Shown: in pieces, positions 25,971 through 39,664 of the stretch
How positions within the stretch are numbered: position 1 is the stretch's first letter
Layout: each line of letters opens with the position of its first letter
Assembly: GCA_043228905.1 (NCBI GenBank)
Contig: JBHGNT010000012.1
Location: forward strand, 11,222,001-11,286,000
Source: Azolla caroliniana
Lineage: Eukaryota; Plantae; Polypodiophyta
Direction: 5' to 3'
DNA: 64,000 nucleotides
The notes under the pieces: model-generated
What the model was told of the DNA's origin: nothing
Seen by the model: the letters and a program-made list of their open reading frames with translations, nothing else
Database searches by the model: none
Translations under genes and position numbers: made by a program

Positions 25971-27595
25971 AGTCAAGTTTTGATCATGAGAAAAGACAGT
26001 GACAAATACATTGGATGCGAAGGTGTATAAGAATAAAGCATGATATGAAAGGTTCAAGAGTTGAAAGACAAAGGAACTTGAAGGGATATAAAGTTAGAGG
26101 CGTTTTTCAAAAGTAGAAAACGCAAGAAAAAAGACGTAGAAAAAAGGCAGAAAAAGCAGGGCACAAAAAAAAGCTCATAACTTCTTCATCCCATATCCAA
26201 ATTTCAAAAGAAAAGAATCATAAGAAAGCTTACTAAGAGATCTTTCTTATATGAAAAAATTGGGATGACAAAACAGAAATAGTGATATAAAAAAACGATT
26301 CACATAAACTCGAGGATATGTAAAAATAAAATAAAAGAAAAGAGAAAAGCAACTAAAAACCTACAAATAGGAGGGTATTCTTCGCAATTGGAAAGAGGGA
26401 GGAGGAAGAAGGAAGAATAAGAAGGCTAGAAGAAGTGAGAGTCTTAGTAAAAGAAAGATAGAAGAAGGAAGATTATTATGAATTAGTGTCATTGAGATTA
26501 AGGTAGTTCTTTGGGATTGTTAGTTTTGGAGTCTAAGAAGGTAATATTGTTTTCCTAATAGTATATTAAAGTTTTGCGAGTTGATAAAGACACTATAATT
26601 GTGGTAACCTCTTTCTTTGTGTTGACAAGGAGAAAAGATGGCGATAGTGATTGTCAATGTGTGGGTGTGTGTTTAGAAGTGTGAGTTCTTTTCCTACCGC
26701 GTAACGGGGGTTTTTTCTCACACAATAATTTGTTATATTTTTAGTATTTTTACTCTTTCTTTGTCTATAACCTCCCATAAGGCGAAGGCGTTTTTTCATC
26801 TTCTTTTTTAGGCTCACCATAAATGGTTCACTCAACAAGCAAGGAGGGGGGCTAAAGGTGAAGTCAGTCTTTGTTCATAAGAAAAGATTGTTGCAAACAT
26901 GTTGGATGCTAAGAGGTCTAATAATAAAGGACAATATGAAAGGATCAAGTATTAACGGAGGAAGGAATTTAAAGGGATATAAAGTTAGAGACATTTTTCA
27001 AAAGTATAAAAAAACAGGAAAAAAGAAAAGAAAAAAAAACGCAGGAAGAAGGCAATAAAAGCAAGGCAGAGAAAAAAGCTCATACTTCTTCATCTCATAT
27101 CCAAATTTCAAAAGAAAAGATTCGTGAGAAAGTTGACAAAGAGATCTTTCTTGTATGAAAATTTGGGATGACAAAGCGAAACTAGTAATATAAAAAAACG
27201 ACTCATATAAACTCGAGGATATGAAAAAAAGAAAAAAGTAAGAATAACGCAACCAAAAACCTATACATTGGAAGGTATTCTTAGCAACTAGGGGAGGAGG
27301 AGGAATAGAATATCTACAAGGAGTAGGACAACTAATAAGGCTAAAAGAAGTGAGAGGAGTCTTAGTAGAAGAAAGAGAGAGGAAGGAAAGACTATTAGGA
27401 GTTAATGTCATTGAGATTAAGGTAGTTCTTTGGGGTTGTTACTTTTGGAGTCTAAGAAGATGGTATTGTTTTGCTAATAGTATATTAGAGTATTCCTTTC
27501 TCTTCCTCTTCTCATCTCTATCTTTTTCTATATCTCTCCATCAGTAAGTAACCCACTTATATAGTTAGATTAACTATGTGTTCATACTAGAGATA
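25965..27595. repeat. Two diverged tandem copies (~25965-26580 and ~26858-27490) of an LTR-like purine-rich unit
   Basis: Shared blocks, e.g. CATATCCAAATTTCAAAAGAAAAGA and GTCATTGAGATTAAGGTAGTTCTTTGGG. Loosely similar to the reverse complement of the solo LTR at 4982-5730. Confidence 0.7.
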
Positions 27596-30500
27596 CAATG
27601 TGGGCGGAGTGGGACTTGTATCCCAACCCTAACAGAATGTCGACTCCTAGCCGATCCGGCTGTCAGCTTCTTCAGTCAATCCTTCTTAGCCGATTCAGTT
27701 ATCGGCTTCTTCAGCCAACTCGGCCTTTCGCCGATTCGGCCCATGTTGAGCTTGCCACCCCACATCACGATAGTGGAACCCTAGGTATGAATCACATCAG
27801 CCCTCAATGATATGGAACATCAAGGAGGTTCATGTCCATCTCACGTCATTGCGAGGGTATGGTCAGGTGTTTAGGCACCCCTCTATCCTTTCTTTTTTCT
27901 ATAATTCCTTATCTTTTGCGTAAATAATTAGTTAGACTCTAACAAGAACCCTTCAAGAATTAGTTAATGCATCACAAAATGTTTTTGAATTCCATCATCA
28001 ATATCCCCATAAACCAAGGCCTTTTGGTGGTACAGGGATGGTGTGATGTCCATACAAACAATAAGGTATCACATAAGGCCCAAATATGTATTTAAAGTAT
28101 AACTGTGAGCCTGGCAATATAAGCACTTGAGATAATTCCCTTATATTAGATGGATATAGTTTACATAAACATCTCATTTCATGAAAAAATTCAACTTAAT
28201 TGTGTTTTCTATTGCCATTACAAATTTAATTATAATCATAGGCTTGTCCAAGAATCTATAAATCTCATGTCGTCAGCTCTAGGAAAATGATTGTAAGCTA
28301 TTGAGGGAATGTATTGCTTTTTGTAGCTAGACTTAGCTTGTGATAGTTGGCATTGATGTGCATTCATTGGTTCTTCTTTGGTATCATGACTATTGAGATG
28401 AGCCCTATGCCCTTCTTCATGGGGTAAATGAAGCCAACCCAAAACAATATAATGTCATATTCCTCTTTTTTTATGGCTACATAGTTTGGGCTCATTCAAT
28501 AATGACATTGTTGAACTAGGGTTGAATCCTTCTTTAGGTTGATTTCGTGTTGGTAAAAGTAAGCCTGACTTTGGAGGACCATGTAAATGCATCCTTAGAG
28601 TTGCTAACCAACTTGAAAAGGTCTTGGCAAAGTGGAGACCAAGGTTGGTAGTCCTGATGTTAAACTCCTCGAGGGTTCACTACTTAGAGATTCTCATCCT
28701 CCTCTAAGTGTGTAAGGGATCTACAATCATATTTTAAAGTGGCTAAACCATTTTTGGTAGTGCGACCAAAACCTAATTTTGCTACAATTTGAGTTGTGCT
28801 TTGTTTCGGTCGTCTATGGTTATGGTTGGCCTAGGAGTAAGTAGAAAATGTGTTGTACACGGCAAAGGAAAACCATCCAAATGTGGAGCAAAATATCGCC
28901 AACACAGATGAGGAGGTTTTTGATGAGGCTAAGTAGTCAAACCAAGCTTGTCGAGGTTTTGACATATCTACACCTTAATTACATTTATGTCGGACTTCTT
29001 GTCATTGACAACCTCAAACACATTGTTGTAGTCGATTTGTAACCCATCGTCAATGAGTGCTCATCCTAGAAAAGGGGTAAACATGGGTTTGATGAAATTC
29101 ACCATTTGTTGAGGTGACAATATAGCGATAAGAAGGGGTGATTAATAAAAGTAGTTGTTGATGGACACATAATTTGGCTCAATACTAGAATATGTAAGGT
29201 TGTCAGGCTTAATAAGGAGCTGCATATGATCTAAAGAGGAAGAAGGTGCAAAAGGTGTGATAGAGCCATGACCCCTCCTCCATCACTCTCACCATTTTGT
29301 AGTTTATAAATTGATTTAGGGGGATGATACGAGGGGCATGATTGTGTAAATTGAATATGTGAATGATTTATCAATACAACTTATTACTAATGTGCATTGC
29401 TAATCCATATCGCCTCCTTTCCCTTATTTTCATTGATTAATTAAGATAATATCACGTGTTTTTAACACACAAGTAACTAAGCATACTTTAAGCAATTAAG
29501 TGTTGCGCTACATTTTCTCTTGCCTCCTTTGATTGACTTACTAGCAAATAGGCTAACCTACTTAGTTACCAAAACAAGGGACAACTCATACTCCAATTAG
29601 GCTCTGACCAATCTCGTAACTAGGAACGTCCACACTAAAATCTATAGAAATTGAAGAACTAGACAAATAGATTCTCATCTTCACATCATTCACTACACAC
29701 CGACCCCATGAGCAAAATTATTTCCCCTTGTAACAATGACATGCCCCTTAAGAATCTTGAATGTCAACTTACTGAATAACACCTCATATCCATCCTCATA
29801 TAATTGGTTGACTTACAACAAACTCTTCATCACGTTGGGTATGTGGCCTATTTCATTGAACTTTCTTGGCCCATCTAGTAACTTCATGATTATGGATCCA
29901 AAACTTCTGACCTCCCATTCCGTTGATCTTGAGCTAGTGAGCCTCATAACTAGTGCACCTACCTCGATGGGGGTGTCATCTGAAATGATGAATCTTTGTC
30001 TTTGATCATCATTGTCAATTGTGTTACATGCCCATCACCATCACGATTCCTAGGCCCACTCCACGATCACTCTACTATAGTGCCCTTCTTTGTGCACTCG
30101 AAGCACTCCATGTCCTTTATATGGGGTTTACTCTATATTGTTGTTCGTCCTCAGCTCTTGTACTAGAGAAAATATTATAGAAAAACCAACATATAAGTTA
30201 TTATAATTGAAATAAGATTACGTTTTGAGTTGATATATATAAAAGATGCACATTTTGAAACCAACATATAATTGAAATAATATTGCGTTGTAATTTTGAG
30301 TTGATATACATATAAAAGATGCACATTGTCTTAATAGGACAAGATATAGAATTGTCTAAGGAAATATATTTTCTCATATCAAATTGTTGAAAAGATGAAA
30401 GATGAAAACTATGAGGTGGTCCTAGTTGAGATTCAACCACAAAGAGGTGGTTTAATGTAATATGGACCTTCCTACATTTTTAGAATTTTAAGCCTCTCTT

Positions 30501-32433
30501 CAATGGGCTTTTTGAGTAGGGATAATATTGATGTATATGGTATTTTATTTTTAAAAGGGTTACTTGAACCACTTTAACTTTGTTGACAAATTAAGATTAT
30601 GGTTTAGAAAGCTTAGGTATTATAAATGCATTTGAAAGTTTTTTCTTGCTTCCGCATAAAAGCAAAGAAAGTCCAATATGGATAACATGTGTCTATTATG
30701 TCTATTAGCTTTGAAAATGGTTAGTAAATTAAGGAACACAGTTATAATACATAATTATGGTCATTTATCTATACTTAATATTAACCTACAATGTTTGGTA
30801 ACGAAATTAGAACTCAAATTCCAAAGGTTACATTTGGTTAATTGTTTATGCTTTTGAGAACAGGTTAACTAGATAGTTACAATTGAATAATAAGGATGGT
30901 TGGTTAGCATGTCCACTTTTATTAAGGTAATTTTTTGACTCCTTACCAACAACTATTTGAGGGCCCAAAAAGGGTCCATAGTCATGGATCTAGTGTTTGG
31001 AATAAAATTATAATGCCAACAACCATTTCCAATATAACAAGATTGTAAAATCAGAAAGAGTATGAATATTGTCTAAAACTAAGCGTCATGAAATTTAAGT
31101 GTGGCGAGTGCAAGAAACTTATTTAAATTTGATTTTAGAGTAGAACTAGAATTATACTCTCTTTTTTTCAAAAAAGAATATGCTCCATTAGTTAAATATA
31201 TCCCTCTGTACACAACTTTTAGTCCCCTCATCAGGTAGTCCTTGCCTAAATTATCTTATCATCCTTGGCTACTATATATGGCCTATGTTGATTGTACAAA
31301 AATTGGGTGACATCTCATATTTATCTTACACACTTTTGCATATGTATGTCTCTATATCTATTTCTTAGTTATCCACCAACTATCCATACACTTCTCTATG
31401 TATCACATCTCATTCACGCCCCTCTTTCAACTAATGGGAGTTCAAATTATACATTGTATGAATGCAATCATGAAAGAGGAAAAATTTAATTGATGCCATT
31501 TGTAAGAAAATGCATTGGTTTTGTCGAAACATAACAACAACCATTTGCATAGATGTTGCCACTAAAAAGCCTACTAGGTTCTAGGTGCCATGTTCTGAAG
31601 CAAACAATTAGAGTATCAACACATTTATCCAACTTTCAAATTCAAATGAGAGACCTACTTCTTTCTCAACGTTATAAACGATTTGATGATTTAAAAAGAC
31701 TCATGAAAAACTAGAGTAGATTGATATAGTGAATACACTTGTAGTTAATTGGTCCGAGAATTGAATAATGTAGAATGTCTTATAATAAAAGGAAACAATC
31801 TAAGACTGATTCACATATGTGTTTTGCAAGCTTAAAGTTAAATTTATGAAAACCTTGGCTTTATTACTGAGTAATAACGCAAAATTGGGAGTTTAATGGG
31901 ACATGTCACAATTGGAGATGGTGGGGAAATCAAATTCCAGAAAAGAAAAAGTAGGTAAACCAATAAGGGTTGGTAAAGGTTGAACAAGTCTGTCTAATCA
32001 TTGAACATAATCAAAACTCAAAAAAAGATGAGAAGTAGGTCCAAAGCAAGAGAAGAGAAGCTAAGGCATATTCATTCATTCATTGGAACACTGCAATCAG
32101 TGTTTTTGTCTGTCTTTTCATGTGATAGATCCATGTATGTATACATATTACATTGGAGCACGACCTCTTCTTCCTCAGTGTCTCCCCACAATTTCTCTTC
32201 ATGTATGTACATATATAGCTAGGTAGCTAGCTAGCATTCGTTCATTCATTTGGATGGAGATAAATGCTGCAGCATTATGATGTCTCATTGACAAGAGTGC
32301 TTAGTTAGTAAAAAAATCTCTCCCTCTCTGCCCCAAAATTATCTCTTCAAACACATGGGGTTTTAGAGCCAACCCTTGCACCTTATGTTTAATGTTTAAA
32401 CGCAACATATATGGGAAGACAAGTTCATAGAAA

Positions 32434-32437
<4 letters not shown>

Positions 32438-32473
<36 letters not shown>
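32438..32473 (+). repeat. (CT)n tract just upstream of the 32514 ORF
   Basis: Direct reading; CT tracts are common in plant 5' UTRs. Confidence 0.85.
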
Positions 32474-32475
<2 letters not shown>

Positions 32476-32513
32476 GTCTTCAATATCAGAAAATCTAACC
32501 CCTCTCTCTCTAG

Positions 32514-32864
32514 ATGGGTTCTTCCGCTTCCTTAATTTGTATATTGCGACCTTTCATGTGGTTGATTATTCATATGGTTGTGATTGACATAATTTTTATC
32601 ATTATGAATGCACCCTCCACCATTGGATCTCGACAATATATTCTGAAGAATGCCCATGCCCAAACGTACACTCTGACTCCACCCATTTCATTTTTGATAA
32701 TGTCAGCAGATCCCGAATTCTTCAATGACATTATTAATGACTACAACGATTATAATGATGAAACAACGATCATAAATCGTCACCATCTCATCCCTCCTGA
32801 TTCAACTGATACTATTAATACCTCTCTCATTCCAAAATTGATGGCTGACCCTGAGTTCTTTTAA
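32514..32864 (+). CDS. Putative small secreted peptide precursor (116 aa) with two ADPEFF motifs
   Basis: Intact ATG-to-TAA ORF with a hydrophobic N-terminus ending in GSR. ADPEFF occurs at aa 65-70 and 111-116 (C-terminus), with 5 of 6 codons differing synonymously. It lies in a TE-free island. Confidence 0.7.
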   Translation: MGSSASLICILRPFMWLIIHMVVIDIIFIIMNAPSTIGSRQYILKNAHAQTYTLTPPISFLIMSADPEFFNDIINDYNDYNDETTIINRHHLIPPDSTDTINTSLIPKLMADPEFF

Positions 32865-33696
32865 CTTTCTATTCCTGCATTTAGGTTAGCTCATATTTTG
32901 TCCATTCTTCTTGTGAATGACTTTACTTTTTCTTGTTACTATTAATGCTTCTCTCTCTCTCTCTCTACATACATACATTTATTTTCTCTTGTAGTTGCAA
33001 TGAGCTCTCAATTCAAACATCCCACAAGAGAATTCTTGAACAAAGAGCATGCATACTAATGAACTCCACTCACTCAATGAATTATGTTTCATTTTGGTCC
33101 CATAGGTCATATATGACCCCCAAGATTGATAATAAAAGCAATTTCTCTTTCTTAAGTCTTGATGTGTCTTTTCAATACTTATTTACAGCATATAATTCCA
33201 GTTGTTATGTCTAATGATGTATCTTACTCTATAATTATGACAATATATCTCATGATGAAAAGTATTGTTTAAGGCCCATAATGCTATTTGTAAACTCATG
33301 ACACCCTTACAAGTTCACTCAAACTTGTTACAAAATAAATATGCAATGCTAACATTATATGTTGTAAAGTGAGGTTTAGAAAACCGTCCTCCCAATTTTA
33401 AATTCATCATATCATAATAAGTTCATTCAAACCTAAAAATGATATCCAATTTTCTTTTCCCCTTAACAGAATATTGTTATCTACCCCAATTAAGTTCATA
33501 ACTCATAAATCATGTTCAAAATTCAAATCTTCCACCTTCCCATGTACCTTTGTTGACATTGTACCACATTCGTTTTCCTCCAAGTATCTCCATCCACATT
33601 TATCATAAACCTAATTTCAGTATTCAGTTTATAGGATCTCCAACCTTTCACACTTATTTATCAACATTGTAATTTGTAGCGCATTCATTTTTACAT

Positions 33697-33753
<57 letters not shown>
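33697..33753 (+). repeat. (CT)n(TA)n compound microsatellite
   Basis: Direct reading of the sequence. Confidence 0.9.
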
Positions 33754-33756
<3 letters not shown>

Positions 33757-34218
33757 AAGCCCATAATACCCAAACTTAGTTGCTCAAAAGGAAATAATAA
33801 ACGTAGACCCTAAGTTACAACATTTCGTGAAGCTTTTGTACAATCAAGCTATCTAGTTTTATAAGAACCTTGGAGAGAAACTATTGAAAGCTTATATGAA
33901 GTTTAAAAGCCTTCTTTGATTGGCTCCTTTCAACATTATTTGCTAGAGGTTCGTGATATTTGTAAAAATATGTTTAAAAATGTCATCTCAAGAAATATGT
34001 TGCTAGGGGAGACCTTACTTAGTCTTGTATACATTAGTTCAAATTTTGTATGTAGGTGCATCCTTAGCATGAAACTCATTGGAGGTGTTCATATTGAAAT
34101 TTTAATTCGATGGAAATACTTGACATATTTCATTATTACTTATCATATAAATATATTTGATCAATGGTATGCCCATATTGTGGCCCATGCTGCAATGTTG
34201 GTTGGCATAGAGTTATAA

Positions 34219-37200
34219 TGTTAGAGCGATGATCTAATGTAAGCATATGATAAGGATATAATATATATGAAATAAGAAAGGAGAGAGAGAAAGAAGGGTG
34301 CCGATCCACCCGACCACCCCCGAGCAAAGGGATTGAGACGGACTCGAGCCTCGATCGGCGTCCCATACAACCGCAGTGGCGTCGAGTCGTACTTGGTACT
34401 GGCGTGCTCGCTACAAGAGTTGACCCACCATGAAACAGAGTCTCGACATAGTCAAGAGATCATGAAATGAGGGTAGTTAGGCCTCATATTTATAGCAAGA
34501 CCCAAGGCCCCAACGCAAATTCACACTTGGCCTAATGGGTTGTCTCAATCCCAAGGATTAAAACTAATCATCCCCTTCTTTACGCTCTCGTTTAACCCAC
34601 ACACTTATCCACGTGTATAGAATACTACGGTAAATTCTCACCACGGGATATTATATGTTCATGCCCGTAACATACTCCCCCCTCTTTAAAACATTGCGCT
34701 CTTGCAATGGAAAGTTAGGGAAGTTAGTTCTGAGAACACTTGGCCTAATGGGTTGTCTCAATCCCGAGGATTAAAACTAATCATCCCCTTCTTTACGCTC
34801 TCGTTTAACCCACACACTTATCCACGTGTATAGAATACTACGGTAAATTCTCACCACGGGATATTATATGTTCATGCCTGTAACATACTCCCCCTTCTTT
34901 AAAACATTGCACTCTTGCAATGGAAAGTTAGTTCTGAGAGTATTTTCGCGTTCCCATGTGGAAAGTTAGGGAAGTTAGGTAAGCCAATTCAGGAGCTGTT
35001 ACCGTGGTTTTAATAACAATAAATTTGGCCATTTTAGTTAGTCTATCAACCACAACCTAGATGGCATCATGGCCTTTTTGGGTGCGAGGAAGGGTAACAA
35101 TAAAATCCATGGATATACTTTCCCACTTATTATTGGGAATGTCCAAGGGATGTAAAAGTCCTGCAACTTTATGTCGCTTGGCTTTGTTAACCTGACATTT
35201 AGTCACATAACTATGTATGTCAGGACGCATCCTAGGCCAATAGAATTGAGTGGAGATGAGAACGAGTGTACGATGTATTCCAGGGTGCCTTGCTATGGGT
35301 GCATCATGGCATTCAAAAAGAATTCTCTTTTTGACCTCAAGCAAATTTGGAACACCTTCCCATTATGGTAGAGCATATCGTTAGCAATGTGGAAGGATTC
35401 CTTCAAGGATGTGGTGGTGTCTGTTCTAGACTCAATTCTTGCCAAGTATTTCGCAAAATAACTGTCATTAGGATACTTTCCTCGACGGTGATCATAAAGA
35501 TATGATGTTATTTCAGTGAAGTTAAGCATGTTAACTTCACGGATGCGACTTAGTGCATCAGCGACAGTGTCCATGGGACCTTTACGATATCGTATGGAAA
35601 AATCAAAGTCATGGATGAGATCAGCCCATTGTGCCTTACGATCTTTCAAGTTTCATTGGTTACAGAAATATTTCAAGGGCTCGTGGTCCGTAATTACCAC
35701 AAAACCATTTCCATAAATATAATGACGCCATGTTTTGAGTGCATGTATTTAACTGCAAATAATTCCTTTTCTTGAACGGTATACTGACATTGAGCAGAAT
35801 CAACTTTCTTACTATCGAATGTTATTGGTTTACCATCTTGATGTAAGGTAACACCTATAGCATAATCACTTGCATATGTTTCAACCTCAAAAGGTTTTGA
35901 AGGATCAGGTAAAAGAAGCGAAGGAGCCTTGCACACCAGGTCCTTGAGTTCCTTAAAGGCGAGGTCTAGTATAGCATTCCACACAATAGGTTTTGTAGAC
36001 TTATGCGTTTGACCTTTTCGAAGATCAGTAAACGGCATCATCAATTGGCAGTAATTACGAAGGGATTTTCGCAAAAACCCGACAAAACCAAGGAATGATC
36101 AAAATTCTCGAATATTACGAAGAGTGGGCCAAAGTTTGATTTTCTCGATGCGAGAAGGATCAATTTCAACTCCTCGTTCGGTTATGAGATGTCCAAGATA
36201 AGGAATTGATTTCTTGAAGAGCTCGCATTTTGAGATCTTCTTGTAGGATTGCTTGGCACGCAATGTTTGTAAAACAAAGCGAACATGTTTAGCATGTTCT
36301 TTTTATGTATGACTATAAACTAGAATATCATCCAAGAAAATAACGACAAATTTTTCCAAGTTGTTCTCGGAAAATGTCATTCATTTCTTGTTGAAATGTG
36401 GCTAGAGCATTGGTCAAACTGAAAGGCATGACCAAAAACTCGTAATGGCCATAACGCGTTGTCGTGAAGATTTCCGGCTTTGGTGTAAAACTAGGATGGA
36501 ATGGGCAAGTTGGCAATGTGCAACATGTGCACATGTGTAGTAGGGAAATGGTGTATAGAATAAGGGGGAGAATTTATCCCACATTGTAGCGTCCCTCCCT
36601 CCTTGGGCTATAAAAGGAAGGGAGGGGTCTCTTGTGAAGGGGTTGCCTATTTTGAGTGTGAAAGGTATACCAATTAGTTTTAGGGTTTTACTATTCTTCT
36701 TCTTCTTCCTACCATTTTGGGTTTAGGGTTTCTTCTTCATCATCTTCTTTACTTTACTTACCCGGTTAGGGTTCCATATAATGTTTTCGTTCGGCCTATG
36801 CAGCCATGGTTGTAATGCCTTTGGTGTTCTTAATATAACTTGTTTGTGTATCTTGCCTCCATCCATTCTATGTTTATGTCCTATTCTTTCTCCTCTCCTC
36901 TCGAGCTAAGCTTCCATTCCCCCTCTACTCCATAGTCCAAGACCCCTACGGTCCCACCTAAGATCTTACACGTACTCGCGGAATACCGCGACAGCGTACA
37001 AAATGTAGTTTTAGGAACACTGTCCTCACTTATACGAATTTGATGGTAGCCCATAAAAAGATCAAGTTTCGTAAAATCCGAGCTCCGAGCTCCTTGGAGA
37101 CTGTCAATTAGATTATCTGCCTGGGGCAATGGATATGAATTCTTGATCGTCACTTTATTCAGGCGTTGGTAATTAGTACACATACACCATGTGCCCTCTT

Positions 37201-38263
37201 TCTTTTTTATTAAGAGAACAGTTGCACCCCATGGAGATTTACTACAACGTATATAACCCATTCGTAAATCGTCCTTGAGTTGCTTAGATACCTCATCCTC
37301 TTCGGATCGAGTTAAGCGATAAGGAGGTATACTTAGTGGTGCAACGCCAAGTACAATATCTATAGTTGAACCGAGACATTATCGATATTGTAAACGTGAA
37401 TGTTCAGATCAAGTACAGAATAAAATAAAGTAGAACAAGACAACTCGGATATTGATGGAGAGGAAACAATTGAAAGAGATTATTTTTTAACACATTGAAT
37501 AAAAGGAGTACAATCGTTCAATACAAAAGTAATTGAATGAGTAACCCAATCAATAGATAAAGAAAAGTTTTTATTAAAAAACCAGGGATAACCCAATATT
37601 ACATTAGTGGTACAAAGATTCATAACATGGAAGTCTACTTCCTCTATATAAGTATCAATAGAAATTCCTAATGAATGAGTCACCCCGTTGATATATTGGT
37701 AATATGGTCTTAGTCATATTTGAACTCGAGACCTCGAGAACAAATGCATTAAAAAGTTGAGCTAAACAAATAGGTTTTGCCCATATATGTTTTTTTAGGA
37801 GGCATTTGCCCATATATGTTTTTTTAAAAGAAACATATATGTCAAGAGTCCTTTTTTCCCTCTCGTTTACCACAAACTATGTTGGTACATTACCTAACCT
37901 CAAGTCTCATAATTACGATGGCATATGCCAAAGTGAAACCTAATGGTCAAGCCAAATGAGCCCTCTTTTCGTAATAGGCCCACGTGGCCTATCACATGGT
38001 TACGTCATTACGAATGTCTTTCGTAAGAATGATCTCATGGTGGCATCGTATCCATGTAATGAGGGAGGGATGTTGGATATGTGTGTCATAGGAGCGACCT
38101 CACATGAAGTGGGTCAAGCCCTACGTTCTCAACATCATTGTGGCTATGATCGTTTCGTTACGTAACGAAATCGAAGTGACCAACGGGGATGTCAACAATA
38201 TTGAAGTATAGAATACTACGGTAAATTCTCACCACGGGATATTATATGGTCATGCCCGTAACA
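34219..38263 (-). mobile_element. Family A chromovirus copy with internal deletions (3' LTR 34219-34671; only ~58 bp of the 5' LTR left at 38206-38263)
   Basis: TSD TATAA (34214-34218 and 38264-38268). Protease-like [30 protein letters not shown], RNase H and partial integrase. Confidence 0.92.
36460..36993 (+). mobile_element. Solo LTR (TGTCGTG...CGCGACA) with 4-bp TSD GCGT, inserted in RT
   Basis: GCGT at 36456-36459 and 36994-36997. Removing the insert and one GCGT restores TTFCTRYGH. TATAAAAG is present inside. Confidence 0.88.
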
Positions 38264-39664
38264 TATAATGTGTATGATACATATTCTATATTGTTCATGA
38301 GGTATAGCTGAAAAATGGGTACATACGAACTTATTCATTTGATACATTATCACATAGTTTTAGGTTGCATATGGTATTTGATCAAAACGTTTTCTTTTGA
38401 ATAAGAACATGTTGTAGTGTATGGATAAGATGCTTACGGGTAAAAGCATGCGAGTGGAAACACTATTATAGCTAATTAGCTACTAAAATGGCCACAACTA
38501 ATTAGTTATTTGTTTAACTAGTTTTTTGTGGGCAAATCATAGGGATGGTTTATGAAATTTTATGTTTTATTAGTTAAATACATGTCATTTAAATACATGT
38601 CATTTAATTTATGAGAATACTCAAATATTTGAACTTTGGTTTATGAGGTAGTGGAACTTGGGGAATAGTGCCATCATCTAAGGTCTACTTCAATGTCATC
38701 AAATTTTTGAGAATCCTGAGTTTGAGTTCGAACTCCAAATAGATGGAGTACTCTGAGCATGAACACACAACCAGTTCAATCCTCGTCTAGGTATGTATCA
38801 GTTACATATTAAAAAAACTTTTTTTTTCCCCTTTTTGATAATTGTCTATAACTTTGGTGCCTGTTCATCTTTCCCAAAAATCGAATAGGGCGAAGTCGTT
38901 GGAGTCCCAAACAAGGATGTCTCAAAGATCGGGGTGTAGCAACAGGTGTGTTTCTGATTGATAGAATTTTGTATTACGGTTGATTTTTGCCTTTAGTGAT
39001 GATTAGGGTTTGTGTTTTCCTTAAGTGGTTTAGGGTTTCTGATTACAAATTTTAGTTTACACGTTTCTAGTTACAAATTTTTTATTATTGCCGCAATGTG
39101 TTGTAATTTTGCACCAATTCTCATGACAAATTCTAATTAGGGTTTCTAATTTTTTAAGTGGTTGATTTGTGGTACATGTTCAAAAGGACAGATTACTGTC
39201 TCAAAGTGTTGTAATTTTGCACCAAATTCACATTAAAAATTCTGTTTTTGCACCAATTCTAATTACTGATTTTCTATTTCAAGTGTCATGTTCCTCCCTA
39301 TCCTAGAGTGCTGAATTTCTCAAAATTTTGCGAGACAAAGGAGGACTTTCACAACATATATGGTTTGTCACTCGAGGGTATTGACCCTGCCGTTCTAACA
39401 AATAGATTGATTAGTGATGTAGATTGGATGTTAGTATATAAAGTGCTTAGAGTGAAAGGCAAGGTCAAGCTCAACATGTACGACCGGACCTGTACGACGA
39501 CTACATGAGACTGCACCAGAAAGTACATCAAGACATCCCGGTCAACAACGAATTGTCTGTTTCATTTACTAGAGCTTTTCCATACGAGAATTGCAAAACA
39601 GCGAAGGAATCTCGTGACCCTGAAATGTACAGGGTAGCTTGGGCAATTTATGGTGAGGGGCCAT

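Noticed and set aside
27600-30160. Possible host gene
   Set aside because: Only short stop-riddled frames; it looks like very old retroelement debris and cannot be assigned.
32933-34218. Other short ORFs in the AT-rich island (32933-33214, 33916-34218, 32001-32222)
   Set aside because: Non-ATG starts, microsatellite-derived composition and no motifs.
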